Shown here: in pieces, positions 62,842 through 64,000 of the stretch | How the letters are laid out: each line of letters begins with the position of its first letter | How positions within the stretch are numbered: position 1 is the first letter of the stretch | Origin: Aplysia californica | Taxonomy: Eukaryota | DNA: 64,000 nucleotides | Direction of reading: 5' to 3' | NCBI RefSeq assembly: GCF_000002075.1 | Contig: NW_004797754.1 | Location: forward strand, 303,530-367,529 | Notes under the pieces: model-generated | What the model was told of the DNA's origin: nothing | The model's database searches: none | What the model saw: the letters and a program-made list of their open reading frames with translations, nothing else | Program-made: the position numbers and the translations under genes

Positions 62842-63282
62842 CATATGTGAGGCAGCATGGTGAAATCAGGCGCTCGTCAAAATAATGAAATCGAAGAAAA
62901 AGGCATTTTCACAACAGTTTGGCAATTTTTTTCGAAATTTGTTTTTTTGCTAAGCACCTTTCACATTCAAATGAAAACACATTTCCATATAAACTTTAGT
63001 CAAAAACCTTGTTTAAAGGCACAAAACATAATTTTCAGTTTTCAAGGACACCAGCTATTGAAGTTACCAAACTTTGGCGGCCATTTTCTCAATAATTTAA
63101 CCATAGAAACTAGGCTACCCCACCTTCTTCAATTGCAAATATTTCGATTTCTATTCAACCAAGATGGATATATTTTTTTCACTGAAAGCAAGGCAAGTAA
63201 ATAAGCTTTCAGAAGATATCAATAACTCCACATACTCAAAAAATTTATGAGCGCCTGATTCCACCCTGTCATGACACATATG
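62842..63282 (+). mobile_element. MITE family M, full copy
   Basis: Imperfect TIRs CATATGTG...GAAATCAGGCGCTC / GAGCGCCTGATTCC...CACATATG. Confidence 0.85.
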
Positions 63283-63320
63283 TTGGAGCAAATGGCATTT
63301 CTCCCCCCCCCCCCCCCTCT

Positions 63321-63500
63321 NNNNNNNNNNNNNNNNNNNNNNNNNNNNNNNNNNNNNNNNNNNNNNNNNNNNNNNNNNNNNNNNNNNNNNNNNNNNNNNN
63401 NNNNNNNNNNNNNNNNNNNNNNNNNNNNNNNNNNNNNNNNNNNNNNNNNNNNNNNNNNNNNNNNNNNNNNNNNNNNNNNNNNNNNNNNNNNNNNNNNNNN
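63321..63500. other. Assembly gap
   Basis: Run of N. Confidence 1.
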
Positions 63501-64000
63501 TTATTTTCTTCTGATCTTTTAAAATCAATTACTTCTCATGAGTGTTCTTAATATTATAATAATAAGTTCTTGAACTTTAATTTTAAGCCATCTTTCAACT
63601 AACGTATTACTATAGCTGCGGTATATATACTTTAAATGCTCATGGGGTGTTCCGTCAGACTCCTCTCTTGTATGCTGTGGTTTGATGTGTAAATCGGCTG
63701 CCTTATCCCATCGAAAAATGTGAAATTTTCAATGAATGAATGACTTGATATATATGGTGCTGTGCATCAAGCACATTCCCTATTATGCTCATTTTGTAGT
63801 GTGAACTTTTGTATTTTACTGTATGTGCGCATGTGTGTCTTAGAGAGCCATGTGCAGAACTGAAAATGAGTGTCAGGTCCTGCAGGTTCGATTACTTCTT
63901 GAAACTGGTCCTGTCTTTGATTCTTTGACTTCTTTTCTGCCACTTTATAAGACTTTTGTAACCACTTATAGCTTCCATAAGGCGTTCATGGAGGGTGGGA

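Noticed and set aside
58000-64000. Second gene downstream of CCDC18
   Set aside because: No phase-consistent exon chain or recognisable protein on either strand; consistent with 3' UTR or intergenic DNA.

Overview
This is eukaryotic, AT-rich invertebrate genomic DNA, probably a gastropod mollusc (inferred from the SINE and transposon repertoire). It contains four assembly gaps. Almost the whole window is one + strand multi-exon gene. I traced 31 GT-AG exons (3541-57908) that splice phase-consistently into about 1,437 codons of a long coiled-coil protein recognisable as CCDC18. The 5' exon(s) lie upstream or were not found. The central ~1,000 aa are strikingly cysteine-rich (69 of 70 Cys). The introns are packed with mobile DNA: two decayed Chapaev-type transposases carrying the RAG1-N-terminal-like Chapa zinc finger, Tc1/mariner remnants, piggyBac-, P- and hAT-like non-autonomous elements, RTE and L2 LINE 3' ends, and a modular SINE family in which different bodies share one 3' stem-loop tail. 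These SINEs are strongly biased to the gene's sense strand. One copy appears to have landed on a splice acceptor, duplicating it and supplying branch-point motifs. Most entries in the six-frame ORF track are spurious. All family assignments come from remembered motifs; no searches were run.
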